A DNA stretch of 64,000 nt, taken from positions 282,286,001 to 282,350,000 of the forward strand of contig OZ024743.1 of NCBI GenBank assembly GCA_964016885.1, read 5' to 3'. The position numbers were made by a program, and so were the translations under genes. A model generated the notes under the pieces. The model saw only the letters and a program-made list of their open reading frames with translations. It did not search any database and was not told the DNA's origin. The DNA is from Eledone cirrhosa. Its lineage: Eukaryota. Shown one piece after another: positions 61,870-64,000 of the stretch; position 1 is the first letter of the stretch; each line of letters opens with the position of its first letter.

Positions 61870-63192
61870 CATATGGCAAAACTCTCTGCAATGGGTGTGA
61901 GGGATGATCTTTTCGACTGGTTGAAATCCTTCATTCTCAGCCGAAAAGAAGTAGTCACGGTTCTAGGACAGCATTCTTCACCATATGAGATGTCATCTGG
62001 TGTACCACAGGGATCTGTTCTTGGTCCTCTTTTGTTTGTGGCATATATTAATGACATAGATGCCAACTTACAGAATACCACGGTACTAAAATATGCAGAT
62101 GACATCAAGCTGTACCTTGAAATCAAAAGGACTGATCCTGAAATTTACAACTCTTTCCTACAATCAGACCTGGACACAATGCAGCAATGGATCACAGACT
62201 GGCAACTGAAGTTAGCTGTGGACAAGTGTACCACCATGCATTTTGGAAGGAAAAATCCAGCGTCCACATACTCCCTCCACAACACTGATATCAAAAAGTC
62301 CTCTTGTGAATGTGACCTGGGCATTACTGTCAGCAACGATTTGCGTTGGACAAAGCATGTCTCTAAGATTGTCAAAAAGGCCGAGGGTGTCTTGGCATCA
62401 CTCAGCAAGACCTTTGTTAGCCGCTCTCCAGCCATCTATTTAAAACTGTATACAGCTATGGTACGACCACACTTGGAATTCGCATCATCAGTCTGGAACC
62501 CCTATCTTGCTCAGAACATTGACTTCCTGGAAACTGTTCAGAGACGTGCAACCAAGCGCATACCCTCCATCAGACACCTACCATACTCAGAACGCCTTGC
62601 TTCCCTGGGCATGGATTCATTGAAGCTCCGACGTCTGGCAATGGACTTGGTGAATACCCACAAAGTTTTTAACCATCTCGCCAATTGCAACCCTGAGCGC
62701 CTCTTTGATCTCCATGTGTCTAACACACGTGGACATGCCTACAAGATCAGAAAACAGCACAGCTCCCATGACTTTCGTAGACATTTTTTCACGCTCAGAG
62801 TTGCTGAAGCATGGAACAAACTGCCTGCGTCAATTGTTAGCTGCCGAGACACTGCATCCTTTAAGACACTCATGCTTCCCGAAATACGCCAAAACTACAC
62901 CTGATGTACCCCTTCCATACACATGCACACATGTGTGTATCATGACTCGTGCACTGTTCATTTTGCTGATGTTTGTGCAATGCCCTATGTACTGTACATG
63001 CACTTTTTTTTTTTAGTTTTTTTTTTTGAGTTGTGGTGCACCTGGGCACTGTACACAATATTTCATTATTGTTATTATTATTATATCATGACTCATACAC
63101 TGTTCATTTTCCTGACATTTGTACATTATTCTATGTACTATACATGCACCTTTGATGAGTTGTAGTGCACCTGAGCACTGTACACAATAATT

Positions 63193-63230
<38 letters not shown>
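61870..63230 (+). mobile_element. 5'-truncated CR1-type LINE with open RT C-terminal ORF and duplicated 3' end
   Basis: ORF to 62904 has GVPQGSVLGPLLF, YADD, DLGI, VRPHLEFAS, QRRATK and TRGH; two (ATT)n tails at ~63065 and ~63195. Confidence 0.9.
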
Positions 63231-63234
<4 letters not shown>

Positions 63235-63727
63235 TTGTACACTCAGAATTATACATCTCTATATCAATTATGATCTGCCAGTTAAAGAGAAGCATATAAA
63301 ACCTTATAAAACAAAATGAAAAGCTAGCTGAGAATCAACAGGCAATAGAAAAAAGAAAAAAAGATTGCAGTAATATGAGTTTATGATGAAAAATAGATGA
63401 AATGAGCTGGTTAGTGGATATCTAAAAACACTAGCTCTATGAACAATGAACATAATGAAGAAGATGAAAATTTGCTTTTTATACCATACAGAATGAGGAC
63501 TTCATGATTTCTAAACTAATGGCTTAGATGAATTCTAATCTTAAACTGATTATCTAGGAGGATTGGAGATAATCTAATATCTCACTTTCCATTTGACCTT
63601 AATCGGGAACATATATTCACAGAGTGCCCCTAATACCTATTTTTAAATACTCTTTATATCTGCTTCACCCTCTTACCTTATTTCCAAACATAGTATACAG
63701 TTGAACATAATTAATTTTTATTGGCAT

Positions 63728-63772
<45 letters not shown>

Positions 63773-64000
63773 CATAGACCACTTCTCTTACTATCCATCA
63801 CCCTTTCTATATTTTATATACCAGCAAACATGCAGCTCCATTACTGTCTCATTTCAGTTACTTCCATCTCTAGCATTAATGTCTCTCTTCCATTATCTCC
63901 TCCACTAAGATGGTGGATTGGCAATATCAGAAGAACATCAAACAAAATGCTTTGTGGTATTTATGAGGGTAAGCTGAAACGTTCATAGGCTGACTGTAAA

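Overview
AT-rich eukaryotic genomic DNA with spliceosomal GT-AG introns and dense repeats. The repeat landscape (RTE LINEs, tRNA-derived SINEs, microsatellites) suggests an octopod cephalopod, but that assignment is inference. The minus strand carries a complete 17-exon gene for the 60S-biogenesis GTPase NOG1/GTPBP4 (ATG 44472 to TAA 6910; 1887-nt CDS, 628 aa, all exon phases consistent). Converging on it from the + strand are the last three coding exons of an ASDURF-like prefoldin microprotein gene, which here appears stand-alone with no ASNSD1 downstream. The rest is mobile DNA: a near-full-length RTE LINE with a PHD finger, nested in a hAT element that is itself nested in an older RTE; an LTR-bounded Gypsy provirus; piggyBac remnants and their MITEs; hAT MITEs; a Helitron-like element; CR1 and Tx1-like fragments; and many SINEs. 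The most unusual object is a 1.27-kb insertion in NOG1 intron 2 (29143-30411). It consists of a ~940-bp palindrome ending at a tRNA-Trp primer-binding site extended to 52 nt, a second PBS stub and a second ~240-bp palindrome, all flanked by a 14-bp target-site duplication. This resembles an integrated tRNA-primed snap-back cDNA. No databases were searched; family calls rest on motif recognition.
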